This document shows, piece after piece, positions 17,924-26,405 of a stretch of DNA of 64,000 nt. Source of the DNA: Bacteroidia bacterium. GTDB lineage: Bacteria; Bacteroidota; Bacteroidia; UBA8524. Where the stretch lies: assembly GCA_964215915.1 (NCBI GenBank), contig CAXPEB010000047.1, positions 29,835-93,834 of the forward strand, in the 5' to 3' direction. The notes beneath the pieces were generated by a model that did no database searches, was not told the DNA's origin, and saw only the letters and a program-made list of their open reading frames with translations. Numbering within the stretch: position 1 is the stretch's first letter; each line of letters starts with the position of its first letter. The translations under genes and the position numbers were made by a program.

Positions 17924-18874
17924 TCACCTTTCTTCCAGCCATTCTTCCATAGCTGAAAAGAAGTCTCCCTCGTTTTCAATCCATGGGAAATGCCCCGCTT
18001 TGTCAATCAGCACCAAGCCGGAGTTGGGCAAAAGCGCCCTTAGTTTCTCTGCAAATTCGGGAGGGTTATTGGTGTCATACTTTCCATTGAGGATCAAAAC
18101 GGGTGCATTGATTTCCGGAAAACGCTTTTGAAGGTCCAGGTAATGTTGCCTTTCCTCCGGCGTTTCAAACGGATGCTTCCCATCGATGGGTTTTCGGCGC
18201 CCGGCCTTCGAGATCTCTTTGGTAACGGGAATGACTTTTTGTGCACTTTCTTCATCATAACACCACCATTTCAGAGGAGCGTCGGAGAGGTCTCTCCCCG
18301 CTGAGTCAGTATCCGTATGGTGCTTGATGAGGTAATCCCAATCCCGCACGACCTGGGCAAACCACGGAGATTCTTTAATCCTGCTGCTTTCCGATTCTTT
18401 TCTTCTCGCGATCATCTGCTCCTGCGTTCCGGCAATACCGGTTCCTGATAAAATCAGGCCTTCCGAACTTTCCGGATACGTCAGGGCATATTGAAGTGCA
18501 ATGGCGCTTTGGTCAGAGTGTCCGAAAATCCAGATTTTCTCTGCCTTCAGATGCTCCCGTAATGCCTCAATTTCCGCGACAAGATGATCCTGACCGTATT
18601 CTTCGAGGGATTCCGGCACTTCCGATTTGCCCGTACCGCGAGGTTCATAATAAACCACCGTAAAGTGCTTTTCCAGGGGCTTCAGGGTCAGTTGATACCC
18701 GATTTTTCCCGACCTCGGATGGCCAATCAGCATTACCGGTCCATTCCCCCGAACGGAGTAATTGAGTTTCAAATCGCCTACTTGTTCGAAGTAATCGCCA
18801 TTCTTTACATCGTTGCAGCCTGACGACGAGAAAAGCACGAGTAAACAAATGAACTGAAAGATCGTGGCACTCAA
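17924..18874 (-). CDS. Secreted alpha/beta-hydrolase (proline iminopeptidase-like) lipoprotein
   Basis: 316 aa with a lipoprotein-type signal (LFSSSGC), a nucleophile elbow IFGHSDQSA and a C-terminal GHFPWIE typical of alpha/beta hydrolases. Confidence 0.7.
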   Translation of the reverse strand: MSATIFQFICLLVLFSSSGCNDVKNGDYFEQVGDLKLNYSVRGNGPVMLIGHPRSGKIGYQLTLKPLEKHFTVVYYEPRGTGKSEVPESLEEYGQDHLVAEIEALREHLKAEKIWIFGHSDQSAIALQYALTYPESSEGLILSGTGIAGTQEQMIARRKESESSRIKESPWFAQVVRDWDYLIKHHTDTDSAGRDLSDAPLKWWCYDEESAQKVIPVTKEISKAGRRKPIDGKHPFETPEERQHYLDLQKRFPEINAPVLILNGKYDTNNPPEFAEKLRALLPNSGLVLIDKAGHFPWIENEGDFFSAMEEWLEER

Positions 18875-18981
18875 GGTCGGTCCTGTTTAGGCATCGGTCA
18901 AGTATACGCTTTCTGAGATCAAGGTCAAAACCGATGGGCAGGGATCATAATGCTATTCGATCGTTGTATTCTTGCATGGAT

Positions 18982-19011
18982 GCCCATTTTTTACTTGTCT
19001 AAAAAATGGGC
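18982..19011. repeat. Perfect 12-bp inverted repeat with 6-bp spacer (GCCCATTTTTTA-CTTGTC-TAAAAAATGGGC)
   Basis: Read directly from the sequence. It lies in a ~550-bp ORF-poor region upstream of the hydrolase gene. The AT-rich stem fits an operator-like site better than a terminator. Confidence 0.5.
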
Positions 19012-19428
19012 GAAAAAAGGACAGTTTTCCTGAAGGCGCCTTCCAGCCGCACTAACCTCCCTCCGCAACAAAAGCCTGACCATCGCTGGAATCTTTTCCA
19101 TGACTGCATTCTTTTGGAGAACATCCGTTTTCAAGATAATGGAATAGGCAACTCGCTGTTTCGTGAGAAAAGATTAAGGCGATTTGGCGCACAGGCTCCT
19201 GCACGCTTTTGTTGCGGCTCGCGCTGCAGGAAAACGGCCTGACGGCAGAAAAGGGCCGGACCGGGAACCGGATAGATTAATCATAGATTAGCTTAACAGG
19301 ATTGAAAACCCTATTCAGGCAACCGACATTCATTTGATTCGCTAGATAGTAAGAAAGGTTTCTCCTCTTCTGAATAGCAACATGTCCCCACAACTTTTTG
19401 ACTTGATCGGCTTTCTGTCCCGGAAAGG

Positions 19429-19995
19429 TCAGCGGAGTTCTTTTATCTTTTCTTTTGTGGTCCAGACCAAACGGCCACATTCCGTCACGATTATTTCCGA
19501 ATCCGTTTCCGCAAAAGACTCGGCAAAGTCCTGCCTGAATTTTACCCATTTTTCATCAACCTGTTCGCAGGCGATCCGCGCCAGGTAAATGGTCCTGCCG
19601 GTTAGCACCCAAATGGACGGAGTTACTTTGATACCAGCAGCCTTCTGCCTTTGGACCTTAGCACAATCGTTCGGAAAACACTTCAAAAGTGAGTCGACTG
19701 CCTGATCGCCTGTTTCTTTTGACGGAAAGTCGAATTGCCACATCTGAATTTTGGCATAAACGCTCCGGTTGTAGCTGTTTTGGTTCGAGTGAGGGGCTTT
19801 GGCCCTGATCGCCACTTCTCGCTTTTTACTATGGAGTTGCAGCTTGTCTATAGAATGGACAAAGTAGTCCGCCTCAGTGGAAACGATTATTTCAAAGCCC
19901 TCTTGCCTGCGTGCAAAATCTTCGACGGTTTTATCCTGCGGGTATTGAATAGCAGTCAGCAGGCTGAAAGTCACAATGGTCAGCAAAACGTTCAT
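19429..19995 (-). CDS. Hypothetical secreted protein
   Basis: 188 aa with a signal peptide (MNVLLTIVTFSLLTA). No recognisable family. Confidence 0.5.
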   Translation of the reverse strand: MNVLLTIVTFSLLTAIQYPQDKTVEDFARRQEGFEIIVSTEADYFVHSIDKLQLHSKKREVAIRAKAPHSNQNSYNRSVYAKIQMWQFDFPSKETGDQAVDSLLKCFPNDCAKVQRQKAAGIKVTPSIWVLTGRTIYLARIACEQVDEKWVKFRQDFAESFAETDSEIIVTECGRLVWTTKEKIKELR

Positions 19996-20081
19996 GAGTC
20001 CTCAGGTAGAAACGTCCGTAGAGCCTTTTAGGTATGCCCCTTCAATTTGAAAATTAACAAAAAGCCCGGAAACAACCTCCC

Positions 20082-20651
20082 TTATTCTCCGCCGGATACT
20101 TTCCCGTTTAGGGGTTCATAAATCAATTGTACCACTCCGGACCTGAACGTGTTCGTTCCGGTCAGCTTCAGTTCCAGCGGAGTTTTCACCTCTTCAAAGA
20201 GGGGTTTGCCACTTCCCAAAACGATGGGGTGCACGGAAATCCGGTACCGATCTATTAATCCGGACCGGATAAATGTTTGGATCAGTCCGGCCCCGCCATA
20301 TAACCAGATGTCCTTTCCCTCCATGGACTTCAATTTGGCGACCTCTCTTTCCACATCAGAACGGATAAAATGAACACGGTCGTCGTTGCCCGCTTGCCTG
20401 GTAAAAACATACTTCTTTTTATTATGGATGGCCTGCCAGAATTTGTGCTCTTCTTCCGCTGCATTTTCATCCGGATAAAAATTACCCCAGGCTTCGTAGC
20501 TTACTCTGCCGTAGAAGATGGCATCGATGGTTTCCAGGAATCCATAAAAATCCATATCCTCATCCAGGATACACCAATCTGTTTCGCCATTCGGGCCTTC
20601 GATGTAGCCGTCTAAGGACACGGCCAGGTCCAATATTATGTTTCTACTCAT
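20082..20651 (-). CDS. Dihydrofolate reductase family protein (RibD C-terminal domain type)
   Basis: 189 aa. The N-terminus MSRNIILDLAVSLDGYIEGPNGETDW and the GR-[VT]-[ST]-YE motif match the RibD_C/YwjB-like reductase pattern. Confidence 0.75.
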   Translation of the reverse strand: MSRNIILDLAVSLDGYIEGPNGETDWCILDEDMDFYGFLETIDAIFYGRVSYEAWGNFYPDENAAEEEHKFWQAIHNKKKYVFTRQAGNDDRVHFIRSDVEREVAKLKSMEGKDIWLYGGAGLIQTFIRSGLIDRYRISVHPIVLGSGKPLFEEVKTPLELKLTGTNTFRSGVVQLIYEPLNGKVSGGE

Positions 20652-20654
20652 TGC

Positions 20655-21077
20655 TTAATCCTCCACCGCTTCAATTCCCTGTTGTTTCAGATGCTCAAGG
20701 TGTTGCCTCATGGCAGTCAATTGTTCCGGAGAATGTCCTTCCCAATATTCAACTTCGCCCACAACCCGTATCGGATGGGCGGTACGATAGGATTTTGTTG
20801 GGTTCCCCGGGAATTTTTTGTCGGTCAGGTTGGGATCATCTTCATAGTGGCCTGTGGGTTCCACTTGGTAAATTCTTCCCGGACCTTCTCCAACCGCCAA
20901 TTCCGCTCCCCAGATTGCGGCATCCAGTGTAGCCGTAAGATATACATACCGCGCGTGTTTCCTTCTGCCATAATTGGAACGGAAACCCGGTTTGATCAGG
21001 TCCCCGGGTTGCATCTCTGCCTTTGTACCGTGATAGAAAGTCAGGGTTGTTTCTTTTTTCTTATCGATCTCTTTCAT
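20655..21077 (-). CDS. arr: Rifampin ADP-ribosyltransferase
   Basis: 140 aa, colinear with remembered Arr-2 across the whole length. The blocks FYHGTKA, AIWGAELA and YQVEPTGHYEDDPNLTDKKFPGNPTKSYRT all correspond, then the RVVGEVEYWEGH block and the IED-like C-terminal end. Confidence 0.9.
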   Translation of the reverse strand: MKEIDKKKETTLTFYHGTKAEMQPGDLIKPGFRSNYGRRKHARYVYLTATLDAAIWGAELAVGEGPGRIYQVEPTGHYEDDPNLTDKKFPGNPTKSYRTAHPIRVVGEVEYWEGHSPEQLTAMRQHLEHLKQQGIEAVED

Positions 21078-21535
21078 CCTTTATTACCGGTGAATTTGTC
21101 TTTCGTTTCATTCATCAGGGCTATGGCATTGATAAAGTAGCGCTCCATGATGGTCAGTTCATCGTCGGAAAAGGACCCCATTAATGTGTCGGTACCTGCC
21201 TGGAAATCTTTGTAATACGGTTCCAACAGGGCCATGATCTTTTCGGTATCCGGAACAATGTACACCCTGCGTCGGTCGCTTTTGTCCGGCTGTCTTTTTA
21301 CCAGTTTCTTTTTCTCAAACCGATCGATTAAGCCGGTAACCGCTCCGGTAGTCAATCCCGTTAAACCCGCTAGCTCCCCTGCCGTCAGCTTTCCTTTTTG
21401 AAGGAAAAAACCCAGGTATTTGTGATCCGTGCCTGAGAAACCACTTTTCCGGGCTATGGTTTCGTGTAGCTGTATGGATGTATAGGCATACCGTTGACTC
21501 AAACTCCTTAATGCCACGATTCTATCCTTACTCAT
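21074..21535 (-). CDS. MarR family transcriptional regulator
   Basis: 153 aa with a winged-HTH MarR pattern (LTAGELAGLTGLTTGAVTGLIDRFEKKKLVKRQPDKSDRRRVYIVPT). Its start codon overlaps the arr stop by 4 bp, suggesting an operon. Confidence 0.8.
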   Translation of the reverse strand: MSKDRIVALRSLSQRYAYTSIQLHETIARKSGFSGTDHKYLGFFLQKGKLTAGELAGLTGLTTGAVTGLIDRFEKKKLVKRQPDKSDRRRVYIVPDTEKIMALLEPYYKDFQAGTDTLMGSFSDDELTIMERYFINAIALMNETKDKFTGNKG

Positions 21536-21805
21536 TTTACCTCACTCGCTATTTATCTTAGCAACAAAGATATTAAAATCAAAGGAACTCTTCTGAAAAG
21601 AAAGGACCTGGGCTTAAACAATCGGGGTATTCAGAAAAAGCCTATCCTGTCCAAATAACCGCATTCAATAAATGCTTGTCACCGGGAAAACCCAACAATG
21701 ACAAACATCATTTTTTTTCCTGCGCCCGGTCATTTATGAACCCTTGTTTTCTAGGTAATTTTGATCAATCCTTAAAAAGGAAAAGAACAGGCAAAACGAA
21801 AAAAG

Positions 21806-22309
21806 ATGTGGTGGCTTATTATCCTGCTGACCTTATTGCTGGTATTGCTCCTCTGGTTGTTGTGGGCACCACTCACCCTGGTGATTGACAGCAGTCAGGG
21901 CCTATACCGCATCAGCTGGTGGGGTATTGCCAGCGCCCGGATCTTTGCCCACGAAGAACAGGTATTGATGATCCGGTTCAACATCTTCTTCCTGAGGAAA
22001 AACCTGGGCCTTGTGGATATGCTCAACAAGGAAAAAAAGGCAAAAACCGAAAAGAGCAAAGCGAAGAAAAAGAAATACAAGGGACCCGGATGGAGAAAGA
22101 TAAAAAGCGGGATTGCCTCATTCCGGGTAAAAGAATTCCACGTAGAACTGGATACGGGAGATTACGTCTGGAATGCCTGGCTATTTCCTATCGCTTATTT
22201 CGTCAGCAGGGGGAACGTACGGCTTCAAATCAATTTCAACCGGCACAACAGCGCAAGAATTGTCATCGAAAACCGCATGATACGTCTCCTGTACGCATTT
22301 CTAAAATAA
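21806..22309 (+). CDS. Membrane protein, DUF2953 (YtfI)-like
   Basis: 167 aa. It has an N-terminal TM helix MWWLIILLTLLLVLLLWLLWAPL, a lysine-rich linker and a C-terminal domain ending ...IENRMIRLLYAFLK. It is followed at 19 bp by a GerW/YtfJ-family gene, as in the Bacillus ytfI-ytfJ pair. Confidence 0.5.
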   Translation: MWWLIILLTLLLVLLLWLLWAPLTLVIDSSQGLYRISWWGIASARIFAHEEQVLMIRFNIFFLRKNLGLVDMLNKEKKAKTEKSKAKKKKYKGPGWRKIKSGIASFRVKEFHVELDTGDYVWNAWLFPIAYFVSRGNVRLQINFNRHNSARIVIENRMIRLLYAFLK

Positions 22310-22328
22310 CCTTTAAAACTATACTGCA

Positions 22329-22691
22329 ATGGAAATCAACTTCAACGAATTATTAACCAAAATCACTGACTTCATGAAGTCGGAGGCAAAAACGGAAACC
22401 GTAATCGGCGAGCAGTTTACGCTTGGCGAATTCACCTGTGTACCGGTAATTAAAGTAGGAATGGGTTTCGGCTCGGGCGGAGGTGAAGGCGAAGACCCCA
22501 AAAAAGGCAAAGGTACCGGTGCCGGAGCAGGTGCAGGCGTGGGAATCGAACCCATCGGGTTCCTGGTGACCCGTGAAGACAGCATCAGCTTCCTTAGCGC
22601 CGGTAAATCAAAGGGATTGGCAGCCATGTTTGAGCAGGTTCCGGAATTGATTGAAAAGCTGGCCAAGAAAAAAGATCAGCAGGAGGCTTAA
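22329..22691 (+). CDS. GerW/YtfJ family protein (sporulation-protein-YtfJ fold)
   Basis: 120 aa with the family pattern VIGEQFTLGEFTCVPVIKVGMGFGSGGGEGE...GAGAGAGVGIEPIGFLV and a glycine-rich loop. Confidence 0.7.
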   Translation: MEINFNELLTKITDFMKSEAKTETVIGEQFTLGEFTCVPVIKVGMGFGSGGGEGEDPKKGKGTGAGAGAGVGIEPIGFLVTREDSISFLSAGKSKGLAAMFEQVPELIEKLAKKKDQQEA

Positions 22692-22740
22692 GCAGCCGTT
22701 CGATTTATTACGAAAACCACCGATGGTACCGAAAACAGAA

Positions 22741-22766
22741 AGCCGCGGGTTTCGCGGCTTTTTCTT
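22741..22766 (+). terminator. Rho-independent terminator after the GerW-like gene
   Basis: The hairpin AGCCGCG-GGTTT-CGCGGCT is followed by TTTTCTT. Confidence 0.7.
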
Positions 22767-22871
22767 ACTCCATGACTCATAGGAAATGATCGGGTTATTT
22801 CCGGTTGAGCAGACAAGCAGGATCGTCTAACGTCTGCATGCCTTGCTCCTATTTCGTACCTTAGCACAACC

Positions 22872-23963
22872 TTGCGCGTAACAGGAATCATTCTCCCTCT
22901 TTTTTTCGCAGGTATCCTGCAGGTTCAGGCTCAGGACGCCCCCCAAATACGGGTTTTGGGTTTTGTTGATGTGTTTTATGCCTACGACTTCAACAAGCCC
23001 GTGGGCAATGTGCGACAACCTTTCCTTTATAACCACAACCGCCATAATGAGATTAACCTGAACCTGGGATTAATCAAGCTGTCGGTTTCCGATAATAGCT
23101 ACCGGGCTAACCTGGCCCTTCAAACGGGGACTTACCCTCTTGATAACTACGCTGCCGAACCCGGGGTACTGAAGAGCGTGTTCGAAGCCAATGCCGGAAT
23201 CTCCCTGGACAAAAAACACCGGCTCTGGTTGGATGCCGGTGTCTTTGCATCGCATCTGGGCTTTGAATCGGCAATTTCGATGGATAACTGGACGCTTACC
23301 CGTTCCTTATCGGCCGAAAACTCTCCATATTACCTGGCAGGTGCCAAGCTCAGCTATTCCCCGGATAAACGCTGGAATTTTGCCGCCCTCATTTGTAACG
23401 GTTGGCAGCGGATACAGCGGCTCCCCGGAAACTCACTGCCTTCTTTTGGTACGCAGATCGGGTATAAACCTGCCGATAAATTCAGCCTGAACTGGAGCAC
23501 TTTTGCAGGAACCGATTCCCCGGACAGCAACCGCGTAATGCGGTACTTCAGCAACTTCTACGGCAAACTTCTGATAACGGAACGTATAGGACTGATCGCA
23601 GGTTTTGATTTTGGGTTGCAACAAACAAAACCCGGCGGAAACAACTTTGATTTCTGGTATTGTCCCGTATTGATCGCCCGCTACCGTCTGGGGAATACCT
23701 GGGCCATGGCTTTGAGGGCGGAATACTACCAGGACCTGACGGGAGTAATCATTGAAACCAACCTGCCCTATGGTTTCAGTACCTTCGGCTACTCACTGAA
23801 TCTTGATTACCTGCCCAATTCCAGGGTAGCCTGTCGGATGGAAGGACGTTGGCTGAATTCACCTGACCCCCTATTCCAAAAGGGTGGGACCCTGACTCAA
23901 AACAACCTGACTCTGGTAACGTCTATCGCCATAAAATTCGACTCCGCAATAAGGTCCCGGTAA
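22872..23963 (+). CDS. Outer-membrane beta-barrel protein (porin-like)
   Basis: 363 aa with a signal peptide (ILPLFFAGILQVQAQ) and alternating amphipathic beta-strand pattern rich in aromatic residues and Gly. No specific family assigned. Confidence 0.6.
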   Translation: MRVTGIILPLFFAGILQVQAQDAPQIRVLGFVDVFYAYDFNKPVGNVRQPFLYNHNRHNEINLNLGLIKLSVSDNSYRANLALQTGTYPLDNYAAEPGVLKSVFEANAGISLDKKHRLWLDAGVFASHLGFESAISMDNWTLTRSLSAENSPYYLAGAKLSYSPDKRWNFAALICNGWQRIQRLPGNSLPSFGTQIGYKPADKFSLNWSTFAGTDSPDSNRVMRYFSNFYGKLLITERIGLIAGFDFGLQQTKPGGNNFDFWYCPVLIARYRLGNTWAMALRAEYYQDLTGVIIETNLPYGFSTFGYSLNLDYLPNSRVACRMEGRWLNSPDPLFQKGGTLTQNNLTLVTSIAIKFDSAIRSR

Positions 23964-24036
23964 CCCCAAAGCATAGCAAACAAACCGGAACGGCGCTTCT
24001 TGATAATTCCGTATCTCTATGCCTCCCGTCATTCAA

Positions 24037-24111
24037 ATGAGCCGAATAAAATGTGTAATCGGCTCATGTTTTGGGTATATTTGAGCCGAATAGCGTACCT
24101 AATCGGCTCAT
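24037..24111. promoter_or_regulatory. Two tandem copies of an imperfect palindrome ATGAGCCGAAT-N9-AATCGGCTCAT upstream of and overlapping the fic start
   Basis: Copy 1 spans 24037-24067 and copy 2 spans 24082-24111. The arms are TGAGCCGAAT / AATCGGCTCA. The second copy ends in the fic ATG. Confidence 0.5.
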
Positions 24112-25240
24112 GCGTTATAACTGGCAACAAACAGACTGGCCCCATTTTCAGTATGATTCGGCGATACTGGAAGGTCTACTCTTCAAGCTGACCGAACAAA
24201 TGGGTAAGCTCAGGGGTGTAATGAAAGCGCTGCCTGAAGATACCCGCATGGAAGCTATTATCGATACCATGGTATCCGAAGCGATTAAAACTTCAGAGAT
24301 CGAAGGAGAATACCTCAGTCGCGAGGATGTAAAATCTTCCATACGGAATAAACTGGGATTGAATAGTCCTCCTGAAAAAGTTTCTGATAAAAAGGCCCGG
24401 GGAGCCGGGGAACTGATGGTAGCCGTCCGGAATACCTTTTCCGAACCGCTGACAGAACAAATGCTTTTTGACTGGCACCGGCTTTTATTACAAAGTGATC
24501 CGGACATCCATACCGGAGCCTGGCGTACTCATGAAGAACCCATGCAGGTAGTGTCCGGTACTCTTGACAAACAACGCATCCATTTCGAAGCCCCTCCATC
24601 CGCAAAAGTTCCCGGAGAAATGAAACGGTTTATTGATTGGTTCAATGACTCGTCCTCCATTGAAGGTCCGGAAATCAAAAATGCTCCGATCAGAGCAGCT
24701 TTGGCTCACCTGTATTTTGAGAGTATACACCCCTTTGAAGATGGCAACGGACGCATCGGGCGGGCCATTGCCGAGAAAGCCCTTTTACAGGGTTATGGTC
24801 ATCCTTTACTACTAAGCTTATCGGCAACCATTGAGGCAAATAAGAAGGAGTATTACCATTCGCTGGAAAAAGCGCAACAAAGCAATGACGTGACTGCCTG
24901 GACGGAATATTTCCTTAATACCGTCTTGTCCGCAGAAAAGTCGGCAGAAGAGCAGATTGATTTCATCCTCGGTAAGGCTCGTTTTTTTGATCGTTACAAG
25001 GGAATACTCAATCAAAGACAACTCACCGTGTTAAGGCGTATGCTGCAGGAAGGCCCCCAAGGTTTCAAAGGAGGTATGTCAGCCAGGAAATACAGGGCCA
25101 TTGCCCAGATCTCAAAGGCAACGGCAACGAGAGACATGCAACACTTGGCGGAAATAGGGGCCTTTAGACCGGTTGGTGCCGGTCGCAGTGCCCGGTATGA
25201 AATCGTACTACCCGACTCCGGTTCCGGCGAAATTCTTTAG
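24110..25240 (+). CDS. fic: Fic family protein (AMPylase-type fido domain with DUF4172-like N-terminus)
   Basis: The Fic motif HPFEDGNGRIGR is present. The N-terminus MRYNWQQTDWPHFQYD is typical of DUF4172-Fic proteins. A C-terminal winged-helix-like tail is present. The ORF is listed from 24071, but the ATG at 24110 matches the family N-terminus. Confidence 0.85.
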   Translation: MRYNWQQTDWPHFQYDSAILEGLLFKLTEQMGKLRGVMKALPEDTRMEAIIDTMVSEAIKTSEIEGEYLSREDVKSSIRNKLGLNSPPEKVSDKKARGAGELMVAVRNTFSEPLTEQMLFDWHRLLLQSDPDIHTGAWRTHEEPMQVVSGTLDKQRIHFEAPPSAKVPGEMKRFIDWFNDSSSIEGPEIKNAPIRAALAHLYFESIHPFEDGNGRIGRAIAEKALLQGYGHPLLLSLSATIEANKKEYYHSLEKAQQSNDVTAWTEYFLNTVLSAEKSAEEQIDFILGKARFFDRYKGILNQRQLTVLRRMLQEGPQGFKGGMSARKYRAIAQISKATATRDMQHLAEIGAFRPVGAGRSARYEIVLPDSGSGEIL

Positions 25241-25256
25241 TCGGATACTACACCCC

Positions 25257-26285
25257 TTAAGCTTCTATCACTGTAATTCCGCTCAAATCCGCATGCTCCT
25301 TCTTCAGGAAAGCATACGTCAACTTATCCGCTTTGCAGTCAACAAACCGGATCTTCTTCATTTTCTTGTTGTGTTTGAAGAAGGTATTGATAAGCGTTGC
25401 ATTCCGGAAGATAACCCCGCTAAACCCACAGTTTTCAAAAAGGCACTCTTCTATGGTGCCTTCAAAAACGACGTCGGCAATATGCATGGAACGAAAAGAG
25501 GTACGATTCCATACGGCACCTGTTACCGTATTGTTTCCGAAACCACCGGATTTAAGTTCCACTCCCGTAAAATCAGAGTCAGAGAAATCGCAACCCTCAA
25601 CATAGCTCCGCAAAAATTCCGTTTCTATCAGCGAGCACCCATTAAAGGTGTTATTGGACAGGTTTGAACTCTGAATCTTGCTTCTGCTGATATCAGAACC
25701 GGAGAAGTCACAGCTCTCCACATTATTGCTTTTCAATAGAAGCCCCGACAAATCCGAGCCAACGAACAGGCACCGCTGCATATTGGAAGAAGCGAATTTT
25801 TCATGCAGGTTTTTCAACCCGGAGAAGTCCGTATCCACCAGGTTCTCACGCGACATGTCCCAACTACGCCTTTTCCCCTGTCCATTCCCCGACTCAGGCT
25901 GTGTACCGGATGAGACTTCCTCGTTCGCTTCCTCAGGCACCGTGTGTTGAAGGTCTTTGGAAAAGTAGTTGAGGTCGACACCCAGAATTTCTGCGAGTCG
26001 GTTGAAGGTAATGATATCCGGCATGGATTCTCCGCGTTCCCATTTCCCAACCGCCTGCGCACTGATAAACAAGCGCTCGGCAAGCTGGGCCTGTGAAATA
26101 CCGAATTTTTTACGGGCCTCCGTAATGCGTTCACCGATCCTTTTTGTACTTAGCATAGCTGTTTCTTTTTTGACCCTACAAAGGTATTGGCAGCTTTTCC
26201 CGGATTCCTGAAAACAAGCAACACTTCTGGTTGTAATTCCGCTACTTATAGTGGTAATCTGACAACTGTTGGTGGTATTTGACAA
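25257..26285 (-). CDS. XRE-family HTH domain fused to a pentapeptide-repeat domain
   Basis: 342 aa. The N-terminus has an HTH_XRE signature (RITEARKKFGISQAQLAERLFISAQAVGKWERGESMPDIITFNRLAEILGVDLNYF). A linker follows. About 160 aa then carry A(D/N)LxX-type pentapeptide repeats (CDFSGSDISRSKIQSSNLSNNTFNGCSLIETEF...). Confidence 0.75.
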   Translation of the reverse strand: MSNTTNSCQITTISSGITTRSVACFQESGKSCQYLCRVKKETAMLSTKRIGERITEARKKFGISQAQLAERLFISAQAVGKWERGESMPDIITFNRLAEILGVDLNYFSKDLQHTVPEEANEEVSSGTQPESGNGQGKRRSWDMSRENLVDTDFSGLKNLHEKFASSNMQRCLFVGSDLSGLLLKSNNVESCDFSGSDISRSKIQSSNLSNNTFNGCSLIETEFLRSYVEGCDFSDSDFTGVELKSGGFGNNTVTGAVWNRTSFRSMHIADVVFEGTIEECLFENCGFSGVIFRNATLINTFFKHNKKMKKIRFVDCKADKLTYAFLKKEHADLSGITVIEA

Positions 26286-26405
26286 AATTCAGAAAATCCT
26301 CTGTTATCCGCTCGTGATCAGGCACCGGCCGCATCCAGCAATTCTGCCAGCCAGTGAAGGTTCACAATATCGGGCTCATTACAAGGAGCCAGCTCCTTCT
26401 TATTT

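Noticed and set aside
21919-22356. 145-aa Lys/Arg-rich ORF overlapping the DUF2953-like gene
   Set aside because: It is an alternative frame of the same region. The TM-containing frame gives a coherent membrane protein that pairs with the downstream GerW-like gene.
24000-24191. 63-aa ORF upstream of and overlapping fic
   Set aside because: It overlaps the palindromic repeat region and the fic start in another frame. It is more likely non-coding leader sequence.
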